A stretch of 64,000 bases of DNA. Origin: an uncultured Candidatus Rokubacteria bacterium. Its GTDB lineage: Bacteria; Methylomirabilota; Methylomirabilia; Rokubacteriales; DASRDR01. The DNA lies in contig CAWGVS010000012.1 in assembly GCA_963826115.1 (NCBI GenBank), positions 512,001-576,000 of the forward strand, written 5' to 3'. The translations under genes were made by a program, and so were the position numbers. Positions 25,437 through 36,628 of this stretch are shown here, in pieces (position 1 is the stretch's first letter; each line of letters starts with the position of its first letter). Below the pieces are notes generated by a model. It did no database searches and was not told the origin of the DNA. It worked only from the letters and a program-made list of their open reading frames with translations.

Positions 25437-27908
25437 CTATGACGGACCGGGCGGCGCGGCCAGCACGCCGTGGAGGCGCGCGGCCAGCGCGTCCGGCGCG
25501 CTCGGCCAGCCGAGCCACGGCGCGCCGCGCGGGACGCCCGCCGGCGCGCCGCCCGGCGGGACGTCGACGTCGACGACGTAGAGCACGCGGAGCTCCGGCC
25601 GCGTCGCGCGGAGCCGGAGCGCGAGATCCGGCCCGGACAGCTGCGCGAGGTCGGCCGGCACGATGAGGAGGTCGATCGGGTCCTCGTGCCACTCGGCGAT
25701 GAAGAGCGCCTCGCCGCCGTTGGCGGCCTCCAGCACCGTGTGGCCCTGGTGGGCGAGGAAGCTCCCGATCCCCTGCCGCGTGCCCCGGTCGGCGTCCACG
25801 AGGAGAATGGTCGCTCCGCCCGTCGGCGCGTCCGGCCGCGCGCCGTCGAGGCACGGCAGGTAGACGTCGAGGGCGCTGCCACGGCCGGGCGCGCTGTCGA
25901 CCGTGACGAGCCCGTGGTGCTGCCGCACGATGCCGTATACCGTGGCGAGGCCGAGCCCCGTGCCCTGGCCCACCTCGCGCGTCGTGAAGAACGGCTCGAA
26001 CAGGTGGGCGCGCACCTCCGGGCTCATCCCCGCGCCGGTGTCCCGCACCGTCAACCGCACGTAGGTGCCGGGCACCGCGCCCGCGTGCTCGCGCGCGAAC
26101 GCCGCGTCAAGCTGGGCGTCGGCGGTCTCGACCGTGAGCCGGCCGCCCTCGGGCATCGCGGCGCGCGCGTTCAGCGCGAGGCTCAGCACCGCCTGGCGGA
26201 GCGGCGCCGGGTCGCCGCGCACCGGTCCGAGCGGCTCGGCAAGGGCGAGCACCACCTCCACCCGGTCGCCGGCGAGACGCCGGAGCGCCGGCTCGAGCTC
26301 GCGGACCAGGCCGTTCAGGTCGAGCCGCACGGGCTCGAACGCCTGGCGGCGGCTGAACGCGAGGAGCTGGCGCGTGAGCTGCGCCGCCCGCGCGGCCGCG
26401 CCGCGGATCTCCTCGGCGTCGTGGCGGAGCGGATCGTCCTCGGGGAGCTCCCGGCCCATGGCCTCGGCGTAGCCGAGGATGACGGCCAGCCGGTTGTTGA
26501 AGTCGTGGGCGATGCCGCCCGCGAGCCGCCCGATCGCCTCGGTCTTCTCGGAGCGCCGGAGGTCCGCCTCGAGGCGCCGGCGCTCGGTCACGTCGCGGAG
26601 GATCGAGAGGTGGCGGCCGGGCACGATGTCCGCCTTCGCCGCGTACTCGACCTCGCGGACCGTGCCGTCGGCGCGCCGCACCTGGAGGGCGCCCTCGCGC
26701 TCGCCGCGCTCGAGGACCTCGCGCCACGCGCGGCGGGCCTCGCGCGCCTGGCGCGGCGGGACGAACTCGAAGAGATCGCGCCCGACGAGCGCCGGCACCG
26801 GCAGGCCGAAGAGGGCGCTGGCGGCCGGGTTCGCGTCGCGGAAGCGCCCCGCCGCGTCGAGCACGACGAGCGCGTCGAGCGCCCGGTCGAAGACCGCCCG
26901 GAAGCGCGCCTGGCTCGCCTGCCGCGCCCGCTCCGCCCGGCGCCGCGCGGAGGTCACGACGCCCACGTAGAGGCCGGTGAGCGCGAAGGCGAGCAGCAGG
27001 AGCTGGAGGTCCGGCAGCCCGACGGCCGGCTCGGCCGCGCTGCGGACGGCCGCGACCACGCCGAGATTCAGGCCGAGCACCGCGAGGCTCGCCCCCGCGA
27101 GCCCCTGGCGGAGCGCGATCCACAGGAGCGGCAGGAAGCCGAGGTAGAGAAGCCGGACCTCGGTCGCGAGCGCCGAGGCGAACGGGATCCAGATGGCGAG
27201 CGCGAGGCTCGCCGCCTGCCCGAGCGCCTCGCCGACCGCGCGGGAGGTCCACCGGCGCCGCGGGCGGGCGCGCCGCCGCGCCGCCCGCGCGCGGCCGCCC
27301 CCGAGCCGCGCCGCCACGGCGTCGGTCAGCGGGATGCCGTGCACGAGGAGCGCGGGCGCGACGGTGACCGCCCCGAGCGCCTGGCCGATCCACCAGCTCA
27401 CGACGCCCGCCGGGTACATGTCCCACGACACGAGCCCGGTCCGCACGAGGAGCATCATCCCGGCCGCCGCGACCGGCAGGGGCTGGAGGAGCGCGACCCC
27501 GACGAGCCCGTTGACGTCGCGCAGGGTGAGGAGCCGGGGATCGGTCCGGAGCCCGTGGCGCAGGACGGCGGCGCCTGCCGCCGCCCCGGCCGCGAGGAGC
27601 ACGCCCCAGCGCGCGAAGGTCCGCACGTCCACCGGCAGAGGATCGAACCAGAGCCCGACCAGGACGGGACCGAGGACCAGGATCGGCGCGTAGCGGATCC
27701 CGCACGCCAGGAGCACGGCGAGGTTCAGCCCCGCCAGAAGGTGCCACGCGAGCCCCCGGAGCGAAGGAAAGACGAGGGCGGGGCCGGCGAGGCCGACGAC
27801 CCCGACGCCGTAGCCCGCCGTGACCGCGAGGACGCCGAGGCACGCGTGGGAGGTCGCGGCCAGGGCGCGCCGCCATCCCGCGGATCGGGTCGCCGCCTCG
27901 TCCACCAT
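25437..27908 (-). CDS. MASE1-PAS hybrid histidine kinase with degenerate receiver domain
   Basis: Multi-TM MASE1-like region, PAS, GGIAHDFNN H-box, LFEPFFTT/GTGLGL, C-terminal REC-like domain. Confidence 0.9.
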   Translation of the reverse strand: MVDEAATRSAGWRRALAATSHACLGVLAVTAGYGVGVVGLAGPALVFPSLRGLAWHLLAGLNLAVLLACGIRYAPILVLGPVLVGLWFDPLPVDVRTFARWGVLLAAGAAAGAAVLRHGLRTDPRLLTLRDVNGLVGVALLQPLPVAAAGMMLLVRTGLVSWDMYPAGVVSWWIGQALGAVTVAPALLVHGIPLTDAVAARLGGGRARAARRRARPRRRWTSRAVGEALGQAASLALAIWIPFASALATEVRLLYLGFLPLLWIALRQGLAGASLAVLGLNLGVVAAVRSAAEPAVGLPDLQLLLLAFALTGLYVGVVTSARRRAERARQASQARFRAVFDRALDALVVLDAAGRFRDANPAASALFGLPVPALVGRDLFEFVPPRQAREARRAWREVLERGEREGALQVRRADGTVREVEYAAKADIVPGRHLSILRDVTERRRLEADLRRSEKTEAIGRLAGGIAHDFNNRLAVILGYAEAMGRELPEDDPLRHDAEEIRGAAARAAQLTRQLLAFSRRQAFEPVRLDLNGLVRELEPALRRLAGDRVEVVLALAEPLGPVRGDPAPLRQAVLSLALNARAAMPEGGRLTVETADAQLDAAFAREHAGAVPGTYVRLTVRDTGAGMSPEVRAHLFEPFFTTREVGQGTGLGLATVYGIVRQHHGLVTVDSAPGRGSALDVYLPCLDGARPDAPTGGATILLVDADRGTRQGIGSFLAHQGHTVLEAANGGEALFIAEWHEDPIDLLIVPADLAQLSGPDLALRLRATRPELRVLYVVDVDVPPGGAPAGVPRGAPWLGWPSAPDALAARLHGVLAAPPGPS

Positions 27909-27953
27909 CGCCCGTTGCCGGCCCCAGTCTACTGCGCCCGCCGCGCGGGACCG

Positions 27954-29053
27954 TCAGAACGGACCGGGCGGGCCGCGCCGGATCAGCTGGGCGGCCGTGG
28001 CCTTGAAGGTCACGTCGACGGGCACGCCCGGCGCGAGCGCGAGCGTCGCCACCGCCGGCCGCGTCACGAGCGCGGTCAGCGCCACGCCGCAATCGACGCC
28101 GACGCGCCAGAGGGGCCCGGTCGGCGTGACCCGGACGACGCGGCCCGCGAGACGGTTCTGGGCGCTCGTCACTCCGGAAGTCTCCGGCCGCGCGAGCGTC
28201 AGGTCCTCGGGCCGGAGCCCGACCAGCACCCGCTCGCCCGGATGGGCCGTCCCCGCGACGACCACCCGCGCCGGACCGACCTCGACCTCGACCACGCCGT
28301 CGCCCCGCGCGACGATCCGCCCCGGCAGGAGGTTCTCGACGCCGACGAAGCGCGCGACCGCCTCGCTGTCCGGCGCCCCGAAGACCCGCTCGGGCGGCCC
28401 GAGCTCGGCGAGTCGGCCCTCGAGCAGCACCGCGACGCGGTCGCCGAGCCGGAGCGCCTCGCCGCGGTCGTGCGTGACGAGGACGGTCGTGGTCCGTGCG
28501 TCGCCGAGGAGCCGTCCGAGGTCGTCGAGCAGCCCTTCGCGAGTGGGCGCGTCCAGCGCGGCGAAGGGCTCGTCGAGGAAGAGCACCTCCGGCTCGGCGG
28601 CGAAGGCCCGGGCCAAGCTCACGCGTTGGGCCTCCCCCCCTGACAGCCGGTCCACCGACCGGTCGGCCAGCGCGCGGACCCCGAGACGCTCGAGCCAGTC
28701 GAGCGCGCGCCGGTCGGCCGCCGGGCGGGCGACGCCACGCAGCCGGCACGCGAGGCGCGCGTTGTAACGGACCGAGCCCCGACAGAGCAGCGGCTCCTGG
28801 AAGACGCACGCCATCCGCCGGCGCCAGGCGAGGCGCTCGGCCTCGGTACAGGGAAGAGCGCCCTGGAGCCGTACCGTGCCGCGGGTCGGGTGCACGAGCA
28901 GCGCGAGCACGCGGAGCAACGTGGACTTCCCCGCGCCGTTCGGGCCGATCACGGCCAGCACCTCGCCGGGCTCGACCGCGAGGGCCGGCACCGCGAGGAC
29001 GCGCTGGCCCTCGTACTCGACCTCGACGTCGAGGGCCTCGAGGACCGGCGCGC

Positions 29054-29057
<4 letters not shown>
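27954..29057 (-). CDS. tupC: ABC ATP-binding protein with TOBE domains (tungstate TupC-like)
   Basis: GPNGAGKS, LSGGEAQRV, C-terminal TOBE (TFKATA); operon context. Confidence 0.75.
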
Positions 29058-30175
<1,118 letters not shown>

Positions 30176-30182
30176 GGGCGCC

Positions 30183-30842
30183 TCAGAGCCGGCCGAGACG
30201 GCTGGCCACCAGCACCACCGCGCAGGACAGGAGCGTCAGCGTGACGACCAGGACGCGCGCCTCCGCCGTCTCCCCCGTCGACACCGCCGAGTAGATGGCG
30301 AGTGGCACGGTGGTCGTGCGGCCGGGGATGTTGCCCGCGAGCATGAGCGTCGCGCCGAACTCGCCGAGCGCCCGCGCGAACGCGAGGACCAGGCCGGCGA
30401 CGATCCCGCGCCGCGCGAGGGGCAGCGTCACCTCGAGCGCCGTCCGCCACTCGGAGCGGCCGAGGACGAACGCGGCTCGCTCGAGGTCCGGGCTCACGCT
30501 CTCGATCGCCGCGCGGGCCGGGCGCACGAGCAGCGGGAGCGCCATCACCGCGGCCGCCACGACGGCCGCGTACCAGGTGAAGGGGAGGCTCCAGCCCGTG
30601 AGCGCGTAGAGGGGGCCGCCCAGCCAGCCCCGCCGGCCGAGGAGCACGATCAGGTAGTAGCCGGTGACCGTCGGCGGCAGCACGAGCGGCAGCATGACGA
30701 GGGCATCGAGGGCCTGGCGGCCCCGGAAGCGGCGCTTCGCGAGCAGGTACGCCAGCGGGACCCCGACCAGGGCGGCGGCGAGCGTCGCCAGCACCGACAC
30801 GCGGATCGACAGCCACAGCGCGCTGGTCGCGGCCTCCGACAT
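30183..30842 (-). CDS. modB: Molybdate ABC transporter permease
   Basis: LPLVLPPTVTGY, FARALGEFGAT, AGNIPG.T. Start may be 30845 or 30860; a TAGAGT -10 box overlaps the 30860 region. Confidence 0.92.
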   Translation of the reverse strand: MSEAATSALWLSIRVSVLATLAAALVGVPLAYLLAKRRFRGRQALDALVMLPLVLPPTVTGYYLIVLLGRRGWLGGPLYALTGWSLPFTWYAAVVAAAVMALPLLVRPARAAIESVSPDLERAAFVLGRSEWRTALEVTLPLARRGIVAGLVLAFARALGEFGATLMLAGNIPGRTTTVPLAIYSAVSTGETAEARVLVVTLTLLSCAVVLVASRLGRL

Positions 30843-30892
30843 CACGAGGGACTCTAGCATGCGCCGGCGGGCCGCCCCGCGGGCCGGCGACC

Positions 30893-31588
30893 CTAGACGC
30901 GGCCGCGCTGCTGGAGCCAGGTGAGCGCCCAGTTCACCAGGAACGTGAGCGTCAGGAGGAGCACGGACAGGGCGATCGCGACGTCGAAGTTCCCCTTGCC
31001 CGTCTCGAGCACGGTGGCGGTCGTCAGGACGCGCGTCTGGCCGCGGATGTTGCCGCCCACCATGAGCGAGGCGCCGACCTCGGAGATCACCGCGCCGAAG
31101 CCGGCCATCAGCGCGGCGAGGAGCGGGAGCCGCGCCTCCCGCATGAGGATGCCGAGAAGCTGGAGGCGCGAGGCGCCGAGCGCCGCGACCTGCAGGCGGA
31201 AGCGCGGCGGGATCTGCTGGACGGCGGCCAGCGTGAGTCCAGTCACGACCGGGAAGGCGATGACGAACTGCGCGACGACGATCGCGGTCGGCGTGTAGAG
31301 GAGCTCGAGGGCGCCGAGCGGGCCGCTCCGCCAGAGCAGCACCGAGACGAAGAGGCCCACGACGACCGGCGGGAGCCCCATCCCGGTGTTGACGAGGGCG
31401 ACGATGAACCCGCGCCCGGGGAATCGCACGAGGGCCAGGCCCGTGCCGAGCGGCATGCCGGCGACGAGCGACAGCGCGGTCGCCGCGCCCGAGACCTTCA
31501 GCGAGAGCCAGGTGACCCCGAGGAGCTCCGGGTCGGCCGTGCCGAGGAGCCGCGCCGCCTGGAGAAAGCCCTCGCCGATCAGCCCCAC
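30893..31588 (-). CDS. tupB: Tungstate ABC transporter permease
   Basis: NTGMGLPPVVVGL, ISEVGA.LMVGGNI..QTRVLTTA. Confidence 0.9.
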   Translation of the reverse strand: MGLIGEGFLQAARLLGTADPELLGVTWLSLKVSGAATALSLVAGMPLGTGLALVRFPGRGFIVALVNTGMGLPPVVVGLFVSVLLWRSGPLGALELLYTPTAIVVAQFVIAFPVVTGLTLAAVQQIPPRFRLQVAALGASRLQLLGILMREARLPLLAALMAGFGAVISEVGASLMVGGNIRGQTRVLTTATVLETGKGNFDVAIALSVLLLTLTFLVNWALTWLQQRGRV

Positions 31589-31604
31589 GCGGTCACCGGG
31601 GCCC

Positions 31605-32408
31605 TCACCGCGCGCCCGGCCCGGGTGGCTGGAAGCCCAGCCGCTGGAGGACGGCGCGACCCTCGGTCCCCGTCAGGAGCTCCACGAAGGCCCGGGCCAG
31701 GGCGGGCTGGCGCGAGCCCGCCACCACGGCCGCCGGGTAGACTACCGGCGGATAGGTCTCCTCGCTCGGCCGGAAGGCCTCGCGCACCCGTGCCCCGGCG
31801 GCTGGCAGATCGGTCGCGTAGACGAAGCCCGCGTCGACCTCACCCCGCGCCACGTACTCGAGGACCTGGCGGACGTTCTCGCCGAAGACCAGCTTCGGAC
31901 CCAGCCGGTCCCAGAGCCCGAGGGCCCGGAGGCTCTCCTGGGCGTACTGGCCGGCCGGCACGGTCCTCGGGTTCCCCAGCGCCACGCGGGTGACGCGCGG
32001 ATCGAGGAGATCGGACGGCGCGGTGAGGTCGCGTCCCGCGTCGGCCGGCGTGACGACCACCAGCACGTTGCGCGCGAACGCGCGCCGCGTGTCGCGGAGG
32101 ATCAGCCCCTTCTGCTCGAGGTCGTCCATCTGGCGCGTCGCCGCCGAGACGAACACGTCGATCGGCGCGCCGGCCTCGATCTGCTTCTGGAGGTCGCCGG
32201 ACGCGCCGAAGTTGTAGCGGAGCGTCACCCCGGACTGGCGCGCGGCAAAGCCGCGCCCCAGGGTCTCCACGGCCTCCTTCATCGAGATGGCGACGGAGAG
32301 CGTCAGCTCCTGGGCCGAGGCCGCCGCCGGTCCGCCGAGCGCCAGGAGCGCGGTCGCCGCGAGGGTCGCAAGTCCGCGCAGCCCGCCGCGGGGACGGCGC
32401 CGCCTCAT
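31605..32408 (-). CDS. modA: Molybdate ABC transporter substrate-binding protein
   Basis: Signal peptide; AISMK, FGASG.L.KQIE.GAP.DVF.SA, VPAGQYA, GFVYATD. Confidence 0.92.
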   Translation of the reverse strand: MRRRRPRGGLRGLATLAATALLALGGPAAASAQELTLSVAISMKEAVETLGRGFAARQSGVTLRYNFGASGDLQKQIEAGAPIDVFVSAATRQMDDLEQKGLILRDTRRAFARNVLVVVTPADAGRDLTAPSDLLDPRVTRVALGNPRTVPAGQYAQESLRALGLWDRLGPKLVFGENVRQVLEYVARGEVDAGFVYATDLPAAGARVREAFRPSEETYPPVVYPAAVVAGSRQPALARAFVELLTGTEGRAVLQRLGFQPPGPGAR

Positions 32409-33247
32409 TTCCCGAGGTCCTCTTCCCGCTGGCCCGCTACCGGGACGAAGAGCGCCTGGCCGTACTTGTCCACGCCGAACGTCCGGACCACGTCTTGGAT
32501 GGCGGGGGACACCATGAAGTCGGCGAAGGCCTTGCCGGCGGCCGCGTTCACTCGCGGGCCGTTCGCCGGGTTGACCTCCATGACGGAGTAGATGTTCAGG
32601 AGCGGCCGGTCCTTCTCCACCAGGATCGGCAGGTCGACACGCTTCTGGAACGCGAGGAACGTGCCGCGGTCGGTGAGCGTGTAGGCCCGGCGGTCGGTGG
32701 CGATGCCCAGCGTCGCCCCCATCCCCTGGCCGGACTCGATGTACCAGGGCGCCTTCGGCTCGACGCCCGCCTGCTTCCAGAGGGCCTGCTCGAGCAGGTG
32801 GGTGCCCGACTTGTCGCCCCGCGACACGAAGCGCGCCTCCCCGGCCGCGACGCGCCGGAGGGCCTCGGCCGCCGGCTGGCCCTTGATCCGCGCCGGGTCC
32901 TCGGCGGGGCCGATCACGACGAAGTCGTTGTACATGACGAGGCGGCGGTTCAGCATCTTGCCTTCCTCGACGTACTTCTTCTCGAGCGCGGGGGCGTGGG
33001 CGAGCGTGACGTCGGCCTCGCCGCGGGCCGCGAGCGCCAGGGCCTGGCCCGTGCCCACCGAGATCGTCTTGACCGAGTAGCCCGTGGCCTGCTCGAACAT
33101 CGGCACCAGGACGTCGAGGAGCCCCGAGTCCTGCGTGCTGGTCGTCGTCGACAGGATGAGCGTCCGGGAGGCCGGCGCCTGGGCGGCGGCGGCCCCCGCG
33201 GCCACCAGGATCGCCAGGGCGGCAAGGACGAGTCGGCGTCGCGTCAT
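32405..33247 (-). CDS. tupA: Tungstate ABC transporter substrate-binding protein
   Basis: TTTSTQDSGLL signature, VGTGQAL, FVSRGDKSGTH, GQGMG; AGGAGG RBS. Confidence 0.92.
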   Translation of the reverse strand: MTRRRLVLAALAILVAAGAAAAQAPASRTLILSTTTSTQDSGLLDVLVPMFEQATGYSVKTISVGTGQALALAARGEADVTLAHAPALEKKYVEEGKMLNRRLVMYNDFVVIGPAEDPARIKGQPAAEALRRVAAGEARFVSRGDKSGTHLLEQALWKQAGVEPKAPWYIESGQGMGATLGIATDRRAYTLTDRGTFLAFQKRVDLPILVEKDRPLLNIYSVMEVNPANGPRVNAAAGKAFADFMVSPAIQDVVRTFGVDKYGQALFVPVAGQREEDLGK

Positions 33248-33338
33248 GCGTGGCTTCCTCCTTGGGAGACCAGTATGACCGAGACCGGGCGGCCCGGGCA
33301 GGCCCGATCCGGGCCCGGCCGGGCCGCGCGGCCAGCCG

Positions 33339-34265
33339 TCAGGCCACCTCGCCGAGGACGCGCCCGGTCCGCGTCCAGTCGTACCCACCGAGCCGCTCCA
33401 GCCCGCGCCGGAACCGCTCCGAGCGGACGGCCTCGAGGAGGGTCTGGACGGGCGGCTCGAAGAACCGGGCCTTCGGGATCACGAGGTCGAACCGCTCCCG
33501 CGCGAGCGGCACGAAGCCGAGGCTCACGGCCCCCGCCACCGCGCGGGTGGCGATGCCGACGTCGGCCTCGCCCCGGACGATCCGGAGCGCCACCGCCCAG
33601 TGCGTCGACACCTCCTCGCGGTAGCCGACGACGCTCGCCTCCTCGATCCCGACGGCGGCGAGGGCCTGGTCGGTGAACGCGCGCGTCGCCGAGCCGGGCT
33701 GGCGGTTCACGAACCGGAGGCCGCGCCGGGCGAGGTCCGGCACGCCCGCGAGCTTGCGCGGATTGCCCGTCCAGACCAGGAGCCCGAGCTCCCGAGCGAA
33801 GGCGTGGACGAGCACGGCCGGGTGACCCGCCAGCCCGCGGGTGACGGGCGAGAGGTCGGGATCCCCGGCGGCGGGCTCGACGAGGGCACACGCCGCCACG
33901 TCGGCCCGCCCCTGCCCGAGGGCGGTCAGCCCGCCCAGCCGCCCGACGGTCGCGACGAAGAGGAGCGGGTGGCCGGCCTGGGCGCGGAGCGCATCGGGGA
34001 GGATCGCGAGCGCCGGGTCGTCGCTGCCCGCGAGGAAGAGATTGCCCGACGGGAGCGCCGGACCGGCCGCCGGCTCCCCCTGACTCCGGGCGCGCCCGCG
34101 CGCGCTCGTCTCGATCCACTCGTCGAGCAGCTGGACCGGAAAGAGCCACTTCCCCGTGACGCGGCTCGCGGGAATGCCACCGCGCTGGGCGAGGAGATAC
34201 ACCGAGCGGGGATTCAGCCGGAGGTAGCGGGCCGCCTCGGCCACCGTGAGGAAGCGTGGCTCCAT
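33339..34265 (-). CDS. Excisionase-type HTH + periplasmic-binding-protein-fold regulator (putative Mo/W-responsive)
   Basis: LTVAEAARYL....RSVY..A..G.IPA.RVTGKWLF; then AGSDD, RELGL, FVNRQPGSATR, ERFDL. Confidence 0.85.
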   Translation of the reverse strand: MEPRFLTVAEAARYLRLNPRSVYLLAQRGGIPASRVTGKWLFPVQLLDEWIETSARGRARSQGEPAAGPALPSGNLFLAGSDDPALAILPDALRAQAGHPLLFVATVGRLGGLTALGQGRADVAACALVEPAAGDPDLSPVTRGLAGHPAVLVHAFARELGLLVWTGNPRKLAGVPDLARRGLRFVNRQPGSATRAFTDQALAAVGIEEASVVGYREEVSTHWAVALRIVRGEADVGIATRAVAGAVSLGFVPLARERFDLVIPKARFFEPPVQTLLEAVRSERFRRGLERLGGYDWTRTGRVLGEVA

Positions 34266-34269
34266 CCCA

Positions 34270-34340
34270 GGGCCAAGATTAGCACTCAGATCAAATTAGA
34301 TCAAAATGAATCATATACACTCATTAATAGTACATCTTAG
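34270..34340 (-). promoter_or_regulatory. AT-rich promoter/operator of the tup/mod operon with 10-bp periodic repeats
   Basis: TCA at 34291, 34301, 34311 and 34321; TAATCT -10 box 10 nt before the regulator ATG. Confidence 0.65.
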
Positions 34341-34395
34341 GGGAGGGGTGTCTCGCCTCTCGAGAAGAGCGGGGGACCGCCGGATTCCGGGGCTC

Positions 34396-36006
34396 TTAGC
34401 GGGCCGGGATGAGGACGCGGCCGGTCGGTCGCGCGTGGAAGCGCCCGGCCTCGAGGACGGCGCCGCCGTTCACCCAGACCCAGTGGATTCCGGCCGGGTA
34501 GCGGTGCGGCGCCTGATAGGTGGCGAGATCGTCGACGGTCCGAGGATCGAAGACCACCACGTCCGCCACGGCGCCCGGACGGAGCACCCCCCGGTCGCCG
34601 AGGCCGAGCCGCGCGGCCGACTGGCCGGTCATCTTGTGGACGGCGGTCTCCCAGTCGAGGACGCCGCGCTCCCGGACGTAGGTCCCCAGGACTTTCGCGA
34701 AGCACCCGTGCTGGCGGGGGTGGGGCTTCCCGGCGTGGGCCTCCTCGGGCCCCGCGCAGAGGCCGAGGTTGTCGGAGCCGATGGTGACGTGGGGGAACTG
34801 GAGGCCCCGGGCGACGTTGGCGTCCAGCATGAGGAAGTTGATCATGGACACCTGCCCCTCGGCCTCGAGGAGAAGCCCGATCAGGACATCCTCGGGGGCC
34901 GCGCGTCGGGCGACGGCGACCTCGGCCATGGTCTGCCCCTCGACGCCCGGCACGCGGGGACACTCCGCGACCATGACGTCGGACCACGCCACGGGACCGT
35001 TCGGCCCGTTCCACTCCCCCTCCGCCGCCCGGCCCCCGTCGAGGATGCGCCGGCGCGCGGCGCCGTCGGCCAGCCGGGCGAGGAGCGCCGGCATGCCGCC
35101 TTCGTGCGCCCACGTGGGGAGGAGACTCGCCAGCGTGGTCGACCCGGCCGTGTAGGGGTACATGTCCGCCGTCACGTCGATGCCTCGCGCGCGCGCCGTC
35201 TCGATCGTCCGGAGAGCCTCGCCCATCTTGGGCCAGTTGGCCTTCAGACACGCCTTGAGGTGCGAGACCTGGACCGCCACGCCGCCCTCGTCGCCGATCC
35301 GGATCGCCTCGGCCAGCGCCGCCTCGAGCGTCGGGCCCTCGCCGCGAATGTGGGAGCTGTAGAGGCGGCCCGGCCGGCGCCCCGCCACGCTCGCGAGGGC
35401 GATCAGCTCGGCCGTGTCCGCGTAGACGCTGGGCGCGTAGATGAGCCCGGTGGACAAGCCGAAGGCCCCGGCGTCGAGGGCCTCGTCGAGGAGGCCTTCC
35501 ATGTGGCGCGCCTCGTCGAGGGTGGGCGGCCTCTGCTCGAAGCCCATCGCGGCGATCCGGAGGGTCCCGTGGCCGACAAAGGGGACGACGTTCCCGGTGA
35601 GCCCGGCCTGCCGCAACCGGTCGAGCCACGAGCCGAAGCTCGTCCAGTCCCAGTCGAGGTGGGGCGAGAGGAAGGCAGCCCACTCGCGCAGGAGCCCGCC
35701 ACCCGGTGGGGCCGGCGCCGGCGAGAAGCCGCACATGCCGGTCACCTCGGTCGTGACCCCCTGGCGGATCTTCGCCTCGGCCGACGGGTAGGCGAGGAGG
35801 GCGAAGTCGGAGTGCGCGTGCATGTCGATGAAGCCGGGCGCCACCACCCAGCCGGTGGCGTCGACGACGCGCGCCGCCTGGTCGGCGGGCAGGTCCGGTG
35901 CGACGGTGGCGATGCGGTCCCCGGTGAGCGCGACGTCCGCGCGCCGGCCCGGGGCGCCGGTCCCGTCGATGACCGTCCCGCCCCGGATGAGCCAGTCCAC
36001 GGCCAC
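34396..36006 (-). CDS. N-acyl-D-amino-acid deacylase (D-aminoacylase)
   Basis: [45 protein letters not shown]. Confidence 0.92.
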   Translation of the reverse strand: MAVDWLIRGGTVIDGTGAPGRRADVALTGDRIATVAPDLPADQAARVVDATGWVVAPGFIDMHAHSDFALLAYPSAEAKIRQGVTTEVTGMCGFSPAPAPPGGGLLREWAAFLSPHLDWDWTSFGSWLDRLRQAGLTGNVVPFVGHGTLRIAAMGFEQRPPTLDEARHMEGLLDEALDAGAFGLSTGLIYAPSVYADTAELIALASVAGRRPGRLYSSHIRGEGPTLEAALAEAIRIGDEGGVAVQVSHLKACLKANWPKMGEALRTIETARARGIDVTADMYPYTAGSTTLASLLPTWAHEGGMPALLARLADGAARRRILDGGRAAEGEWNGPNGPVAWSDVMVAECPRVPGVEGQTMAEVAVARRAAPEDVLIGLLLEAEGQVSMINFLMLDANVARGLQFPHVTIGSDNLGLCAGPEEAHAGKPHPRQHGCFAKVLGTYVRERGVLDWETAVHKMTGQSAARLGLGDRGVLRPGAVADVVVFDPRTVDDLATYQAPHRYPAGIHWVWVNGGAVLEAGRFHARPTGRVLIPAR

Positions 36007-36040
36007 GGCGGGACTCAGGCCGGCCCGGTGCCGGCGCGGG

Positions 36041-36565
36041 TCAGGGCTTCGGCTCCTCGATCTTGACGCTCTTCATCTTGTCGCCCGGCTTGATCCGGTC
36101 CACGACGTCCATGCCGGCCGTGACCTGTCCGAAGATCGTGTAGTTGTTGTCGAGGTGCGGCGCCGGGGCGAAGCAGATGTAGAACTGGCTCCCCGCCGAG
36201 TCGGGGGACTGGGAGCGGGCCATGGCCACCGTCCCACGGAGGTGCTTCCGCTTGTTGAACTCGGCCTTGAGCTGGTACCCGGGGCCGCCCGTCCCATCGC
36301 CCTTCGGATCCCCGCCCTGGGCGACGAAACCCGGCACGATCCGGTGGAACGTGAGCCCGTCGTAGAAGCCCTTCTTGCTGAGCGTGATGAAGCTCTCCAC
36401 CGTCTTCGGCGCGTCCTCCGGGTACAGCTCGATCCGGATCTCGCCGCCCTTGTCCATGGTGATCACCGCGGTCGGATGCATCCGTTGTTGCCCCTCCGCG
36501 CCGCCCGGCATCGCCGGGAGCGCCGTCACGAGTCCCCAGAGCACGAGCGATCGCCACCGTCGCAT
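36041..36565 (-). CDS. Cyclophilin-type peptidyl-prolyl isomerase, exported
   Basis: [26 protein letters not shown]; signal peptide; GGAGGAGG RBS. Confidence 0.93.
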   Translation of the reverse strand: MRRWRSLVLWGLVTALPAMPGGAEGQQRMHPTAVITMDKGGEIRIELYPEDAPKTVESFITLSKKGFYDGLTFHRIVPGFVAQGGDPKGDGTGGPGYQLKAEFNKRKHLRGTVAMARSQSPDSAGSQFYICFAPAPHLDNNYTIFGQVTAGMDVVDRIKPGDKMKSVKIEEPKP

Positions 36566-36628
36566 GTCGGCCTCCTCCTCCCCGCCGAAGCGCCGGCCAT
36601 TCTACCCCATCTGCTACACTGGAGGGAC

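Noticed and set aside
33339-34265. Excisionase-like HTH as evidence of a prophage
   Set aside because: It is fused to a PBP-type domain and heads a Mo/W transport operon; no phage genes are nearby.
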